A stretch of 64,000 bases of DNA from Clostridia bacterium. Lineage in GTDB: Bacteria > Bacillota > Clostridia > Oscillospirales > CAG-272. Below are positions 9,387-20,034 of this stretch, piece after piece. Every line of letters starts with the position of its first letter. Position 1 is the stretch's first letter. The notes under the pieces are model-generated. The model ran no database searches. It was not told where the DNA came from and saw only the letters and a program-made list of their open reading frames with translations. The position numbers and the translations under genes are program-made. The stretch spans positions 6,108 to 70,107 of the forward strand of contig JAFYBN010000125.1 in the NCBI GenBank assembly GCA_017540175.1, read 5' to 3'.

Positions 9387-10604
9387 ATGAGGGTTTGCAC
9401 AAAGGTGACGCGCGCCGAACTCGGGGAACTGTTTTCTTCCCTCCGTCCCCGCATCGATCTTTCAGACACCTCCGTTTCTTCCACCGATAAAATAGCCGTT
9501 TTTCCCGGTTTCTGCGACGTGCACGTGCATTTTCGCGAACCGGGTTTTTCATATAAAGAGACCATCGCGACGGGCTCCCTCGCCGCCGCGCGCGGCGGAT
9601 ATACCGCCGTCTGCGCCATGCCGAACCTGAATCCGGTTCCCGATTCGCGCGAACACCTCGAAGAGGAGCTTCAGCTGATCCGGGACGGCGCGGTGATCGA
9701 CGTCCTTCCCTACGGCGCGCTGACCGTCGGAGAAAAGGGCGAGGCGCTCGCCGACCTTGAGGGAATGGCTCCCGACGCCGCCGCCTTTTCGGACGACGGA
9801 CGCGGGGTGCAGTCTGAGTCCCTCATGCGCGAGGCGATGATCCGGGCGAAATCTCTCGGAAAAATCGTCGCGGCGCACTGCGAGGACAATTCCCTGCTCC
9901 GGGGCGGATACATTCATGCGGGGGCGTATGCCGCGGCGCACGGACACCGGGGCATCGTCTCGGAAAGCGAATGGGGTCCGATCGCGCGCGATCTGCGTCT
10001 CGCGAAGGAGACGGGCTGCGCGTACCACGTCTGCCACATCTCCTGCCGGGAAAGCGTCGAGCTCATCCGGGCGGCGAAGGCTGAGGGCGTGGACGTGACC
10101 TGCGAGACCGCGCCGCATTACCTCCTTCTTGACGACAGCATGCTCGAGGAGGACGGACGGTTCAAAATGAATCCCCCGCTCCGCTCGGCAGGCGACCGCG
10201 AAGCGCTCGTCGAGGCGCTCGCGGACGGGACGGTCGACATGATCGCCACCGACCACGCGCCGCACTCCGCCGAAGAAAAGGCAAGGGGCCTCGAGAAAAG
10301 CGCGTTCGGCATCGTCGGGCTCGAGACGGCGTTCCCCGCGCTGTACACAGGTCTCGTGAAAACGGGGCTCATCTCCCTCGGGCGGCTGATCGAAGCGTTC
10401 GCATACGCGCCGCGGGAGCGATTCGGCATCGGGCTCGGGGAAAGCTATACGGTCTGGGATCTCGGCGAAGAATTCACCGTCGACCCCGCAGAATTTCTCT
10501 CGAAGGGCAGATCTACGCCGTTTGAAGGGCGTCGGTTTTCCGGAGTCTGCCTCAAAACGGTATGGAACGGAAAAACCGTCTGGGAACGGAAAACAAACGG
10601 CTGA
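9387..10604 (+). CDS. pyrC: Dihydroorotase
   Basis: 405 aa; metal-binding FPGFCDVHVHFREPG (HxH) and later DHAPH; GGAGG 5 nt before the ATG; first gene of the pyr cluster. Confidence 0.9.
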   Translation: MRVCTKVTRAELGELFSSLRPRIDLSDTSVSSTDKIAVFPGFCDVHVHFREPGFSYKETIATGSLAAARGGYTAVCAMPNLNPVPDSREHLEEELQLIRDGAVIDVLPYGALTVGEKGEALADLEGMAPDAAAFSDDGRGVQSESLMREAMIRAKSLGKIVAAHCEDNSLLRGGYIHAGAYAAAHGHRGIVSESEWGPIARDLRLAKETGCAYHVCHISCRESVELIRAAKAEGVDVTCETAPHYLLLDDSMLEEDGRFKMNPPLRSAGDREALVEALADGTVDMIATDHAPHSAEEKARGLEKSAFGIVGLETAFPALYTGLVKTGLISLGRLIEAFAYAPRERFGIGLGESYTVWDLGEEFTVDPAEFLSKGRSTPFEGRRFSGVCLKTVWNGKTVWERKTNG

Positions 10605-10652
10605 GGCGGCATTGATCAAAGTTGATTCACTCTCACACGGAGGATTAAGAAT

Positions 10653-13600
10653 ATGGCAAAGAGAACGGACGTAAAGAAGGTACTCATCATCGGTTCGGGT
10701 CCCATCGTCATCGGACAGGCAGCGGAATTTGACTACGCGGGGACGCAGGCGTGCCTCGCGCTGAAGGAGGAGGGCTATGAGGTCATCCTCTGCAATTCCA
10801 ACCCCGCCACCATCATGACCGACACGCAGATCGCGGACAAGGTCTACATGGAACCCCTGACCCTCGAATACATCGCGAAGATCCTGCGCTACGAGCGCCC
10901 GGACGCCATCGTCCCCGGCATCGGCGGTCAGACCGGTCTGAATCTCGCCATGCAGCTGGAAAAGAAGGGCGTGCTGCGCGAATGCGGGGTCGAGCTGCTC
11001 GGCACCCCGTTCACGAGCATCGAAAAGGCGGAGGACCGCGAGCTGTTCAAGGAAATGTGCGAATCCATCGGCGAGCCGGTAATCCCTTCCGAAATCACCT
11101 ACTCCCTCGAGGAGGCGCGCGCGGCGGCGGAGCGGATCGGCTATCCCGTCGTGCTCCGGCCCGCGTTCACCCTCGGCGGCACGGGCGGCGGCTTTGCGAA
11201 CAACCCGGAGGAGCTCGAGGACATCGGCTCGAGCGCCTTCCGTCTCTCCCCCGTGCACGAGGTGCTCGTCGAGAAATCGGTCAAGGGCTACAAGGAAATC
11301 GAATTCGAGGTCATGCGCGACTCGAACGACCACGCCATCACGATCTGCGGCATGGAAAACGTGGACCCGGTCGGCGTGCACACCGGCGACTCCATCGTCG
11401 TTGCCCCGATCCTCTCCCTGAACGACCACGATCTCAAAATGCTGAACGATTCGGCGATCAAGATCATCCGCGAGCTGAAGATCGAGGGCGGGTGCAACGT
11501 CCAGTTCGCGCTGAATCCGACGTCGAGCGAATACTTCCTCATCGAGGTCAACCCGCGCGTGTCCCGCTCCTCCGCGCTCGCGTCGAAGGCGTCCGGTTAT
11601 CCGATCGCCCGCGTCACGGCGAAGATCGCGCTGGGCATGGCGCTCGAGGACATTCCCGTGGCGGGCGGCACAGCGGCGACCGAGCCCTCGCTCGATTACA
11701 TAGTCGCGAAGTTCCCGCGCTTCCCGTTCGACAAATTCTCCGACGCGCCGAACACCCTCGGCACGCAGATGAAGGCGACCGGCGAGGTCATGGGCATCGG
11801 CTCGAACCTCGAGGAATGCTTCCTCAAATCCGTGCGCTCGCTGGAAACCGGCGTGCATCACCTGCACCTCGCGAAATTCGATTCGAAGACGGATGAGGAG
11901 CTGCTTGATTATATCTCCGAATTCCGGGACGATAATATCTACGCGGTCACGGAGCTTTTGCGCCGCGGCACCCCGATCGAAAAGCTGCACGAGATCACGA
12001 TGATCACCGAGCTCTTCCTCGAGTCGATCAAGAAGATCGTGGAGATGGAGAATACCCTGCGCTCGAACCCCGGCGACGTCGACCTGCTCCGTGCGGCGAA
12101 GAAGATGGGATTCGCGGACAAGACCGTCGCGGGACTCTGGAACACGACCGAGATGGATGTGTACGACACGAGACTGAAAGAGGGCATCGTCCCCGTCTTC
12201 CGCATGGTCGACACCCTGCACACGGGGAAATACATCGCCTACCTCTACTCCTCCTATACCGGGAAGAACGACTCCCGCCTCGGGACGAAGAAAAAGATCG
12301 TCGTGCTCGGCGCGGGCCCGATCCGCATCGGCCAGGGCGTGGAATTCGACTACTCCACCGTTCACGCCGTACAGACCATCAAGCGGGAGGGCTATGAGGC
12401 GATCATCATCAACAACAACCCGGAGACCGTTTCGACGGACTACACCACCGCCGACAAGCTGTATTTCGAGCCTCTGACGCCCGAGGACATCATGGCGATC
12501 CTCAATTTCGAGAATCCCGAGGGCGTGATCGCATCGCTCGGCGGACAGACCGCCGTCAATCTCGCCGAGCCCCTGATGAAGCGCGGCGTGAAGATCATCG
12601 GCACCGACTGCGACGCCATCGAGCGCGCGGAAAACCGGGACGCTTTCGAAAAGCTGTTGCTGGATCTCGGCATCCCCCAGCCGAACGGACGCGCCGTGAC
12701 CTCCATCGAGGAAGGCGTGCGCGCGGCGGAGGAGATCGGCTATCCGGTGCTTGTCCGCCCGAGCTTCGTCCTCGGCGGGCGCGCCATGCAGATCGTCGCG
12801 AAGGAAGAGCATCTGCGCCGCTACCTCAAGACTGCCGTGGAGATCGACGTGGACAAGCCCGTGCTCGTCGACAAGTACATCGGCGGCAAGGAGGTCGAGG
12901 TCGACGCCATCTGCGACGGGCGGGACGTCTTCGTGCCCGGCATCATGGAGCTGGTGGAGCGCACCGGCATTCACTCCGGCGACTCGATCTCCCTCTACCC
13001 GACCCTCTCCATCTCCGACAAGGTGAAGGGCACCATTCTCCAGTACGCGAAAAAGCTCGGGCTGGGCATCGGCATCATCGGGCTTTACAACATCCAGTTC
13101 ATCGTCGACAAAAACGACAACGTCTACATCATCGAGGTCAACCCGCGTTCCTCCCGCACGGTTCCCTTCCTCTCTAAGGCGACGGGCTTCTCCCTCGCGG
13201 ACATCGCGACCGAGGTCATCCTCGGCAAGAGCCTGAAGGAACAGGGCTTCTTCGATCTCTATCCCGAAGAAAAGAAGCGGTATTACGTCAAGGCTCCGGT
13301 CTTCTCCTTCCAGAAGATCAAGGGGCTGGACGCCTACCTCTCCCCCGAAATGAAATCCACGGGCGAAGCGATCGGCTACGACGACAAGCCCCACCGCGCG
13401 ATGTACAAGGCGCTCGTCGCCTCGGGCATGCGCATCGTGAACTACGGCACGGTGATCTTCACCCTCGCGGACGAGGACAAGGAAGAAGCCCTTCCGCTCG
13501 CGCGCCGCTTCTACGACATGGGCTTCAACATCGAAGCGACCACGGTCACGGCGAACTTTTTGAAGGATCACGGCGTGCGCACGAGACTGCTGCACAAGCC

Positions 13601-13829
13601 GAGCGAGGGTTCGACGGAGATCGTCGACGCCATCCGCGCGGGCTACGTGAGCTACGTCATCAACACGAGAGCGATCCTCTCCGGCTTCCACACCATTGAC
13701 GGCGTCGCCATCCGCCGCGCCGCCACGGAATCGGGCGTGACCATGTTCACCTCGCTCGACACGGTGAGCGTTCTGCTCGACGTGCTGGAAGAGACGACGC
13801 TCAAGATCTCTACGATCGACGCGAAATAA
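10653..13829 (+). CDS. carB: Carbamoyl-phosphate synthase large subunit
   Basis: 1058 aa; diagnostic N-terminus KKVLIIGSGPIVIGQAAEFDYAGTQA, repeated in the second ATP-grasp half (KKIVVLGAGPIRIGQGVEFDY); MGS-like C-terminus. Confidence 0.95.
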   Translation: MAKRTDVKKVLIIGSGPIVIGQAAEFDYAGTQACLALKEEGYEVILCNSNPATIMTDTQIADKVYMEPLTLEYIAKILRYERPDAIVPGIGGQTGLNLAMQLEKKGVLRECGVELLGTPFTSIEKAEDRELFKEMCESIGEPVIPSEITYSLEEARAAAERIGYPVVLRPAFTLGGTGGGFANNPEELEDIGSSAFRLSPVHEVLVEKSVKGYKEIEFEVMRDSNDHAITICGMENVDPVGVHTGDSIVVAPILSLNDHDLKMLNDSAIKIIRELKIEGGCNVQFALNPTSSEYFLIEVNPRVSRSSALASKASGYPIARVTAKIALGMALEDIPVAGGTAATEPSLDYIVAKFPRFPFDKFSDAPNTLGTQMKATGEVMGIGSNLEECFLKSVRSLETGVHHLHLAKFDSKTDEELLDYISEFRDDNIYAVTELLRRGTPIEKLHEITMITELFLESIKKIVEMENTLRSNPGDVDLLRAAKKMGFADKTVAGLWNTTEMDVYDTRLKEGIVPVFRMVDTLHTGKYIAYLYSSYTGKNDSRLGTKKKIVVLGAGPIRIGQGVEFDYSTVHAVQTIKREGYEAIIINNNPETVSTDYTTADKLYFEPLTPEDIMAILNFENPEGVIASLGGQTAVNLAEPLMKRGVKIIGTDCDAIERAENRDAFEKLLLDLGIPQPNGRAVTSIEEGVRAAEEIGYPVLVRPSFVLGGRAMQIVAKEEHLRRYLKTAVEIDVDKPVLVDKYIGGKEVEVDAICDGRDVFVPGIMELVERTGIHSGDSISLYPTLSISDKVKGTILQYAKKLGLGIGIIGLYNIQFIVDKNDNVYIIEVNPRSSRTVPFLSKATGFSLADIATEVILGKSLKEQGFFDLYPEEKKRYYVKAPVFSFQKIKGLDAYLSPEMKSTGEAIGYDDKPHRAMYKALVASGMRIVNYGTVIFTLADEDKEEALPLARRFYDMGFNIEATTVTANFLKDHGVRTRLLHKPSEGSTEIVDAIRAGYVSYVINTRAILSGFHTIDGVAIRRAATESGVTMFTSLDTVSVLLDVLEETTLKISTIDAK

Positions 13830-13876
13830 GCGCGTATGCTGCGGAGAGCCGCGGCGCGCAAACGAAAGGAAACCGC

Positions 13877-14611
13877 ATGAAACAGGAGAAACTCACCGTT
13901 CTCTCGAACCGCCCTCTCACAAAAGGCGTCTACGAAATGAAGCTCGCCGGGGACACGAGCGCGTTTTCCCGCCCGGGGCAGTTTCTGAACATCGCGCTCG
14001 AAGGCTTCTATCTCCGCCGTCCGATCTCCGTCTGCGATCTCGACGGGGATACGATCACGATCCTTTATAAGGTCGTCGGGCACGGGACCGAAGCGATGAG
14101 CGCCTACGGTCCCGGCAAGGAGCTCGACATTCTGTGCGGGCTCGGCAACGGGTATGACACCTCGAAAAGCGGTCAGAATCCCCTTCTGATCGGGGGCGGC
14201 GTCGGCATCCCTCCGCTCTACGGGCTGGCAAAAGCCCTCGTCGCCGAGGGCAAGCACGTCACGGCGATCCTGGGCTTCAACACGGCAGAGGAGATCTTTT
14301 ACGAAAATGAATTCCGATCCCTCGGCGCGGACTGCATCGTCGCGACGGCGGACGGCTCGGCGGGTGTCCGAGGCTTCGTCACGGACGCTCTGCCGGATAA
14401 TTACAGCTATTTCTACACCTGCGGCCCCGAGCCGATGCTGAAAGCCGTGTACCGCGCGTCGAAGACCTCCGGTCAGTTCAGCTTCGAGGAGCGCATGGGC
14501 TGCGGATTCGGCGCATGCATGGGCTGTTCGTGCAAAACCGTGACGGGGTACAAGCGCATCTGCCGCGAAGGACCCGTACTCGAAAAGGAGGAGATCCTAT
14601 GGGAAAAATGA
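13877..14611 (+). CDS. pyrK: Dihydroorotate dehydrogenase electron-transfer subunit
   Basis: 244 aa; ferredoxin-reductase-like fold with C-terminal 2Fe-2S cysteines CGFGACMGCSC...C; immediately precedes pyrD. Confidence 0.9.
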   Translation: MKQEKLTVLSNRPLTKGVYEMKLAGDTSAFSRPGQFLNIALEGFYLRRPISVCDLDGDTITILYKVVGHGTEAMSAYGPGKELDILCGLGNGYDTSKSGQNPLLIGGGVGIPPLYGLAKALVAEGKHVTAILGFNTAEEIFYENEFRSLGADCIVATADGSAGVRGFVTDALPDNYSYFYTCGPEPMLKAVYRASKTSGQFSFEERMGCGFGACMGCSCKTVTGYKRICREGPVLEKEEILWEK

Positions 14612-15510
14612 GCGTGAACCTCTGCGGGATCGAGCTCTCGAATCCCGTCATCCCCGCGTCCGGCACCTTCGGCTACGGGTATGAATTCGCCGAGCTCTAC
14701 GACATCAACATTCTCGGCACCTTCTCCTTCAAGGGCACGACGCGCGAGGCGCGCTTCGGCAACCCCACGCCCCGCATCGCGGAGTGCCGCGCGGGGCTCA
14801 TCAACGCGATCGGACTGCAGAACCCGGGCGTCGACCGCGTGATCGCCGAGGAGCTTCCGAAGCTCAAAAAGGTCTTTCACAAGCCCGTCATGGCGAACGT
14901 CAGCGGGTTTTCGCTCGAAGAGTACGTCGAGGTCTGCTCCCGGCTTGACCGCGAGGAGCAGGTCGGCTGGCTCGAAGTCAACATCAGCTGCCCGAACGTG
15001 AAAAAAGGCGGCGCGTCCTTCGGCATGACGCCCGAGGGAGCGGCCGCGGTGACGAAGGCGGTCAAGGCCGTGACGAAAAAGCCCTGCATCATGAAGCTCA
15101 CGCCGAACGTGACGGACATCGTCTCCATCGCGAAGGCGTGCGAGGACGCGGGCGCGGACGGCGTCAGCCTCATCAACACCATGTACGGGATGCGCATCGA
15201 TCTCAAAACGAAGCGTCCCGTGATCGCGAACCGCATGGGCGGCTATTCCGGTCCCGCGACCTTCCCCGTCGCCCTCCGCATGGTCTATCAGGTGTACGCG
15301 GCGGTGAAGATCCCCATCGTCGGCATCGGCGGCGTCAGCACGGCGGAGGACGTCGTGGAAATGATGCTCGCGGGCGCGACCGCGGTGGGCGTGGGCGCGG
15401 CGAACTGTGTGGAACCGTTCGCCTGCCGGAACATCGTCGAAGACCTGCCCCGGGTCATGGACAAATACGGGATCGAAAATCTTTCCGATATCATAGGAGG
15501 CGCGCAGTAA
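14599..15510 (+). CDS. pyrD: Dihydroorotate dehydrogenase, class 1B catalytic subunit
   Basis: Inner start ATG 14599 after AAGGAGGAG (overlaps the pyrK end; ATG 14608 is an alternative); motifs [22 protein letters not shown]. Confidence 0.92.
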   Translation: MGKMSVNLCGIELSNPVIPASGTFGYGYEFAELYDINILGTFSFKGTTREARFGNPTPRIAECRAGLINAIGLQNPGVDRVIAEELPKLKKVFHKPVMANVSGFSLEEYVEVCSRLDREEQVGWLEVNISCPNVKKGGASFGMTPEGAAAVTKAVKAVTKKPCIMKLTPNVTDIVSIAKACEDAGADGVSLINTMYGMRIDLKTKRPVIANRMGGYSGPATFPVALRMVYQVYAAVKIPIVGIGGVSTAEDVVEMMLAGATAVGVGAANCVEPFACRNIVEDLPRVMDKYGIENLSDIIGGAQ

Positions 15511-16211
15511 TGGGCAAGGACGTCATCATCGCATGCGATTTCCCGTCGGCGGACGAAACGCTCCGGTTTCTCGACCGGTTCACCGGTAAAAAGCCCTTCG
15601 TCAAGATCGGCATGGAGCTCTTTTACGCCGAGGGTCCGTCGATCGTGCGCCGGCTCAAGGAGAGAGGACACAGGGTCTTCCTCGATCTGAAGCTGCACGA
15701 CATTCCGAACACGGTGAAAAAAGCCATGGCGGTCCTGTCCGCGCTGGACGTCGACATCGTGAACTGCCATGCGTCCGGCACGGTCCGGATGATGGAGGCC
15801 GCCCGCGAAGGGCTGACCCGTCCGGATGGGAGCCGTCCCCTGCTCATCGCGGTGACCCAGCTCACCTCGACCGATCAGGAGGCGATGGAAAACGATCTTC
15901 TGATCAAATCCCCGATTCAAGAGGTCGTCGCGCACTACGCGTCGAACGCGAAGAAAGCAGGGCTCGACGGCGTGGTCTGCTCCCCGCTCGAGGCGGCGAA
16001 GGTCCACGCGCTCTGCGGCGCGGACTTTCTCACCGTCACCCCCGGCATCCGTTTTGCGGACGGGGACGTCGGCGACCAGAAGCGCGTCATGACCCCCGCG
16101 GCGGCGCGTGAGATCGGCTCAGACTACATCGTCGTCGGCCGTCCCGTGACCGCGGCGGCGGATCCGGTCGAAGCGTACGAGCGCTGCGTACGCGAATTCG
16201 TCGACCGCTGA
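15510..16211 (+). CDS. pyrF: Orotidine 5'-phosphate decarboxylase
   Basis: Inner start at [11 protein letters not shown] (TAATG overlap with the pyrD stop); motifs [12 protein letters not shown] and IVVGRPV. Confidence 0.92.
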   Translation: MGKDVIIACDFPSADETLRFLDRFTGKKPFVKIGMELFYAEGPSIVRRLKERGHRVFLDLKLHDIPNTVKKAMAVLSALDVDIVNCHASGTVRMMEAAREGLTRPDGSRPLLIAVTQLTSTDQEAMENDLLIKSPIQEVVAHYASNAKKAGLDGVVCSPLEAAKVHALCGADFLTVTPGIRFADGDVGDQKRVMTPAAAREIGSDYIVVGRPVTAAADPVEAYERCVREFVDR

Positions 16212-16329
16212 AGGAACGCGGCCTTTCGAAAACAAGCCCGCAAAGAGCCATACATAATAATCTGTAAGAAGTACGGCGCCGTCAAAACGGCGGAACCGTC
16301 CCGGAGATAAAAAAGAAGGAGGATCTTTC

Positions 16330-16971
16330 ATGCTCGAGCGACTCATCGCCAAAGACCTTTTGAAAATCAAGGCGGTCTTCTTCCGCCCGGACGAGCCCTT
16401 TACCTGGGCTTCCGGCATCAAGAGCCCCGTCTACTGCGACAACCGCCTGACCCTCACCGCGCCGGACGTGCGGGGAGACGTTGAGAACGGACTCGCCGCG
16501 CTGATCCGCGAGAATTATCCGGACGCCGAGGTCCTCATGGGCACCTCGACCGCCGGGATCGCGCACGCTGCCATCACCGCCCACCTCATGGGACTGCCGA
16601 TGGGCTACGTCCGCTCCGGCGCGAAGGACCACGGGCGGCAGAATCAGATCGAAGGAAAACTCGAAAAAGGACAGAAGGTCGTCGTCGTGGAGGATCTGAT
16701 CTCGACCGGCGGCTCCGTGCTCGAGGTCGTAAACGTTCTCCGGGAAGCGGGCGCGGACGTGCTCGGGATCGTCTCGATCTTTACCTACGGAATGAAAAAG
16801 GGTCTCGAACGGCTCGCGGAGGCGGGGGTCAAGAACGTGTCCCTCACAAACTTCGACGTCGTCGCTGAAGTTGCCGCGGAGGAGAACTACATCGCTCCGG
16901 CGGACGTCGCGCGGCTGATCGCGTTCCGGAACAACCCCTCGGACGAGAGCTGGATCGGAGGGGCGAAATGA
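16330..16971 (+). CDS. pyrE: Orotate phosphoribosyltransferase
   Basis: 213 aa; PRPP-binding motif [13 protein letters not shown]; AAGGAGG RBS. Confidence 0.92.
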   Translation: MLERLIAKDLLKIKAVFFRPDEPFTWASGIKSPVYCDNRLTLTAPDVRGDVENGLAALIRENYPDAEVLMGTSTAGIAHAAITAHLMGLPMGYVRSGAKDHGRQNQIEGKLEKGQKVVVVEDLISTGGSVLEVVNVLREAGADVLGIVSIFTYGMKKGLERLAEAGVKNVSLTNFDVVAEVAAEENYIAPADVARLIAFRNNPSDESWIGGAK

Positions 16972-17888
16972 GAAGCGTCATCGACATTCCCGATCTCTCC
17001 CCTGCGGAAATCGACGAGCTGATCGACACCGCGCAGGACATCATCGACCATCCCGCGGCGTATGCCGACCGGTGCCGGGGCAAAAAGCTCGCGACCCTCT
17101 TCTTTGAGCCGTCGACGCGCACCCGACTGAGCTTCGAGGCCGCCATGTACGAGCTCGGCGGCGCGGTGCTCTCCGTCACGGACGCGGCGTCCTCCTCGGC
17201 TTCGAAGGGCGAGAGCGTCGCGGACACGGCGAAGGTCATCAGCTGCTACGCGGACATCATCGCCATGCGCCACCCGAAGGAAGGCGCGGCGCTCGTCGCG
17301 GCGAACAACGCGACGGTCCCCGTGATCAACGCGGGCGACGGCGGTCACTGCCATCCCACGCAGACGCTTGCCGACCTTTTCACCATCTTCCGCGAGAAGG
17401 GCGGCTTCTCCGGGCTGACCGTCGGGCTGTGCGGCGACCTCAAATTCGGACGTACGGTGCACTCTCTGATCAACGCGCTCTCCCGGTACGACGGGATGAA
17501 TTTCGTTCTGATCTCGCCCGAGGAGCTGAAGCTGCCGAGCTACGTGAAGGAGGAATCCCTCAAGGCGCGGGGCCTTCCCTACCGCCAGACGACGAGCCTC
17601 GAGGACGCGATGCCCTCGCTCGACGTGTTGTACATGACGCGCGTGCAGCGGGAGCGCTTCTTCAACGAGGAGGACTACCTCCGCCTGAAGGACAGCTACA
17701 TTCTGACGCCGCAGAAGCTCGCGGCGGCGAAATCCGATCTCTGCATCATGCACCCCCTGCCGCGCGTGAACGAAATCAGCGTCGCGGTCGACCGGGATCC
17801 CCGCGCCTGCTATTTCAAGCAGGTGCTCTACGGAAAATACATGCGGATGGCTCTCATCCTGAAGCTGCTTGCGGAGGCTGCCATATGA
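16968..17888 (+). CDS. pyrB: Aspartate carbamoyltransferase catalytic subunit
   Basis: ATGA overlap with pyrE; carbamoyl-phosphate site [22 protein letters not shown]. Confidence 0.93.
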   Translation: MRSVIDIPDLSPAEIDELIDTAQDIIDHPAAYADRCRGKKLATLFFEPSTRTRLSFEAAMYELGGAVLSVTDAASSSASKGESVADTAKVISCYADIIAMRHPKEGAALVAANNATVPVINAGDGGHCHPTQTLADLFTIFREKGGFSGLTVGLCGDLKFGRTVHSLINALSRYDGMNFVLISPEELKLPSYVKEESLKARGLPYRQTTSLEDAMPSLDVLYMTRVQRERFFNEEDYLRLKDSYILTPQKLAAAKSDLCIMHPLPRVNEISVAVDRDPRACYFKQVLYGKYMRMALILKLLAEAAI

Positions 17889-18301
17889 ACATTGATTCGA
17901 TCCATACGGGCATCGTCATCGACCACATCACGGCGGGCAGGAGCATGAAGCTCTACGATCTTCTGAACCTCGGCTCCCTCGACTGCTCCGTCGCCATCAT
18001 TCAGAACGCCGTGAGCCGGAAAATGGGGCGCAAGGACATCATCAAGATCGACGCGGACATTCCCCTGAACTTCGACGTCATCGGCTTCGTCGATCCCGGC
18101 GCGACCGTGAACGTCATCCGGGACGGCAAGCTCGCCGAAAAGCGCACGATCCCCATGCCGGAATATCTCGTGAACGTCATCCGGTGCAAGAATCCGCGCT
18201 GCATCACCACGACCGAGCAGGAGCTCGACCACATTTTCCGCCTCACCGATCCGAAGCACGAGATCTACCGCTGCATTTACTGCGAGACAAAAGCGAACTG
18301 A
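17885..18301 (+). CDS. pyrI: Aspartate carbamoyltransferase regulatory subunit
   Basis: Inner start [15 protein letters not shown] (ATGA overlap with pyrB); C-terminal zinc cysteines CKNPRCIT ... YRCIYCE. Confidence 0.9.
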   Translation: MNIDSIHTGIVIDHITAGRSMKLYDLLNLGSLDCSVAIIQNAVSRKMGRKDIIKIDADIPLNFDVIGFVDPGATVNVIRDGKLAEKRTIPMPEYLVNVIRCKNPRCITTTEQELDHIFRLTDPKHEIYRCIYCETKAN

Positions 18302-18326
18302 GCGCGAAAAGCGCCGTCCCCATACC

Positions 18327-18360
18327 GCCGCGCTTCCGAAAGGATCCCGCGGCGTTTTTC
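18327..18360 (+). terminator. Rho-independent terminator after the pyr operon
   Basis: CGCCGCG (18327-18333) pairs with CGCGGCG (18349-18355); inner TCC-GAAA-GGA; followed by TTTTT. Confidence 0.7.
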
Positions 18361-18397
18361 GAAAGCAGTCACAAATGCGCGAGTTTGCGCATAACTG

Positions 18398-18426
18398 TTG
18401 ACAAATCCGTAAAAATGCGGCATAAT
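18398..18426 (+). promoter_or_regulatory. SigmaA-type promoter for the kinase/isomerase pair
   Basis: TTGACA 18398-18403, 17-nt spacer, CATAAT 18421-18426; dyad ATGCGC-N6-GCGCAT (18375-18392) just upstream. Confidence 0.55.
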
Positions 18427-18458
18427 GAAAGCAGTATCAAACGAGAAAGGACAACATC

Positions 18459-20030
18459 ATGAATCTGAAAACCTGCACTCTCGGCATCGAGCTCGGCTCC
18501 ACCCGCATCAAGGGCGTTCTGCTCGACGAGAATCACAAAATCGCCGCGTCCGGTTCCTTCGACTGGGAAAACCGGCTGGAAAACGGCATCTGGACCTATC
18601 CCATCGAAGAGGTGGCTGCCGGGATGCGCGCGTGCTACAAGGCGCTCGCGGATGATTACCGCGCGAAATTCGGCGAAGAGCTCACCACCGTCGGCGCGAT
18701 CGGCGTCTCCGGCATGATGCACGGCTACCTCGCGTTCGACAAGGACGGGAATCTGCTCGTTCCCTTCCGCACCTGGCGCAACACCATCACGGGAGAAGCG
18801 GCGGAAAAGCTTACCGCGCTCTTCGGCTTCAACATTCCCCAGCGCTGGAGCGTCGCCCATCTTTATCAGGCGGTTCTGAACAAGGAAGAACACCTCCCCC
18901 GCCTCGATCACATCACCACCGTCGCGGGATACCTGCATGAAAAGCTCACGGGACGCCGCGTGCTCGGCATCGGCGAGGCGTCGGGCGTGTTCCCGATCGA
19001 CAGCTCCACGCTCGATTACGACGCCGCGATGCTCGCGAAATTCACCGATCTGCTCGCCCCGCTCGGCTTCGGCTGGACGCCCGTCTCCGTGCTCCCGTCC
19101 GTCCTTACGGCGGGTGAAAACGCGGGATATCTCACCGAGGAGGGAGCCCTGTTCCTCGATCCGACCGGGACCCTGAGGCCCGGTATTCCCTTCTGCCCGC
19201 CGGAGGGCGACGCGGGGACCGGCATGACGGCGACCGACTCGGTCCGGCTCTACACGGGCAACGTCTCCGCAGGCACGTCCGATTTCGCGATGGTCGTCGT
19301 CGACCACCAACCGGGCGTTCACCGCGAGATCGACATGGTGACGACCCCGGACGGGCTTCCCGTCGCCATGGTGCACTGCAACAACTGCACGTCCGACATC
19401 AACGCGTGGGTCGGACTCTTCGGCGAGTTCGCGAAACGCGCCGGGCTCGAGATCTCAAAGCCCGCGCTCTGTGACCTGCTTCTCCTGTCCGCGCTCGAGG
19501 GAGATGCGGATTGCGGCGGCGTGATCTCCTACAACTATTTCTCCGGCGAGGGCATCACGGACGTGAACGAAGGGCGTCCCGTCGTCGTGCGTCAGCCGGA
19601 CAGCGCGTTCAATCTCCCGAACTTCATGCGCGCGCACCTGCTCTCCGCGCTCGCGACCTTAAAGATCGGCCTTGACATTCTCACGAACGAGGAAAAGCTG
19701 CGCATCGACAAGCTCTTCGGGCACGGCGGCTTCTTCAAGACCGAGGTCGCGGGGCAGAAAATGCTCTCCGCCGCCGCGGGCGTTCCGGTTTCCGTCATGA
19801 AGACGGCGGAAAGCGGCGGCCCCTACGGCATGGCGCTGCTCGCGGCGTACATGCTGAACCGCGCGGACGGCGAGGGACTCGCGGACTACCTCGACAACCG
19901 CGTCTTCGCCGACGCCGAGACCTCCACCCTCATGGCAAGCCACGAAGACATTGAAGGCTTCAACGTCTTCCTCGCGCGCTACCGCAAGGCGTTCCCGGTC
20001 GAGCTCGCGGCGATCGAAACGGTCAGGTGA
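18459..20030 (+). CDS. FGGY-family carbohydrate kinase (xylulokinase-like; substrate not assignable)
   Basis: 523 aa; actin-fold phosphate-1 motif LGIELGSTRIKGV at the N-terminus; overall FGGY-like layout. Confidence 0.8.
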   Translation: MNLKTCTLGIELGSTRIKGVLLDENHKIAASGSFDWENRLENGIWTYPIEEVAAGMRACYKALADDYRAKFGEELTTVGAIGVSGMMHGYLAFDKDGNLLVPFRTWRNTITGEAAEKLTALFGFNIPQRWSVAHLYQAVLNKEEHLPRLDHITTVAGYLHEKLTGRRVLGIGEASGVFPIDSSTLDYDAAMLAKFTDLLAPLGFGWTPVSVLPSVLTAGENAGYLTEEGALFLDPTGTLRPGIPFCPPEGDAGTGMTATDSVRLYTGNVSAGTSDFAMVVVDHQPGVHREIDMVTTPDGLPVAMVHCNNCTSDINAWVGLFGEFAKRAGLEISKPALCDLLLLSALEGDADCGGVISYNYFSGEGITDVNEGRPVVVRQPDSAFNLPNFMRAHLLSALATLKIGLDILTNEEKLRIDKLFGHGGFFKTEVAGQKMLSAAAGVPVSVMKTAESGGPYGMALLAAYMLNRADGEGLADYLDNRVFADAETSTLMASHEDIEGFNVFLARYRKAFPVELAAIETVR

Positions 20031-20034
20031 CAAA

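Noticed and set aside
9549-13691. 1380-aa ORF on the minus strand spanning pyrC and carB
   Set aside because: It is antisense to carB, whose product is unmistakable. The translation is Arg/Gly/Asp/Val-rich with no motifs, which is the expected stop-codon-poor artefact of high GC content.
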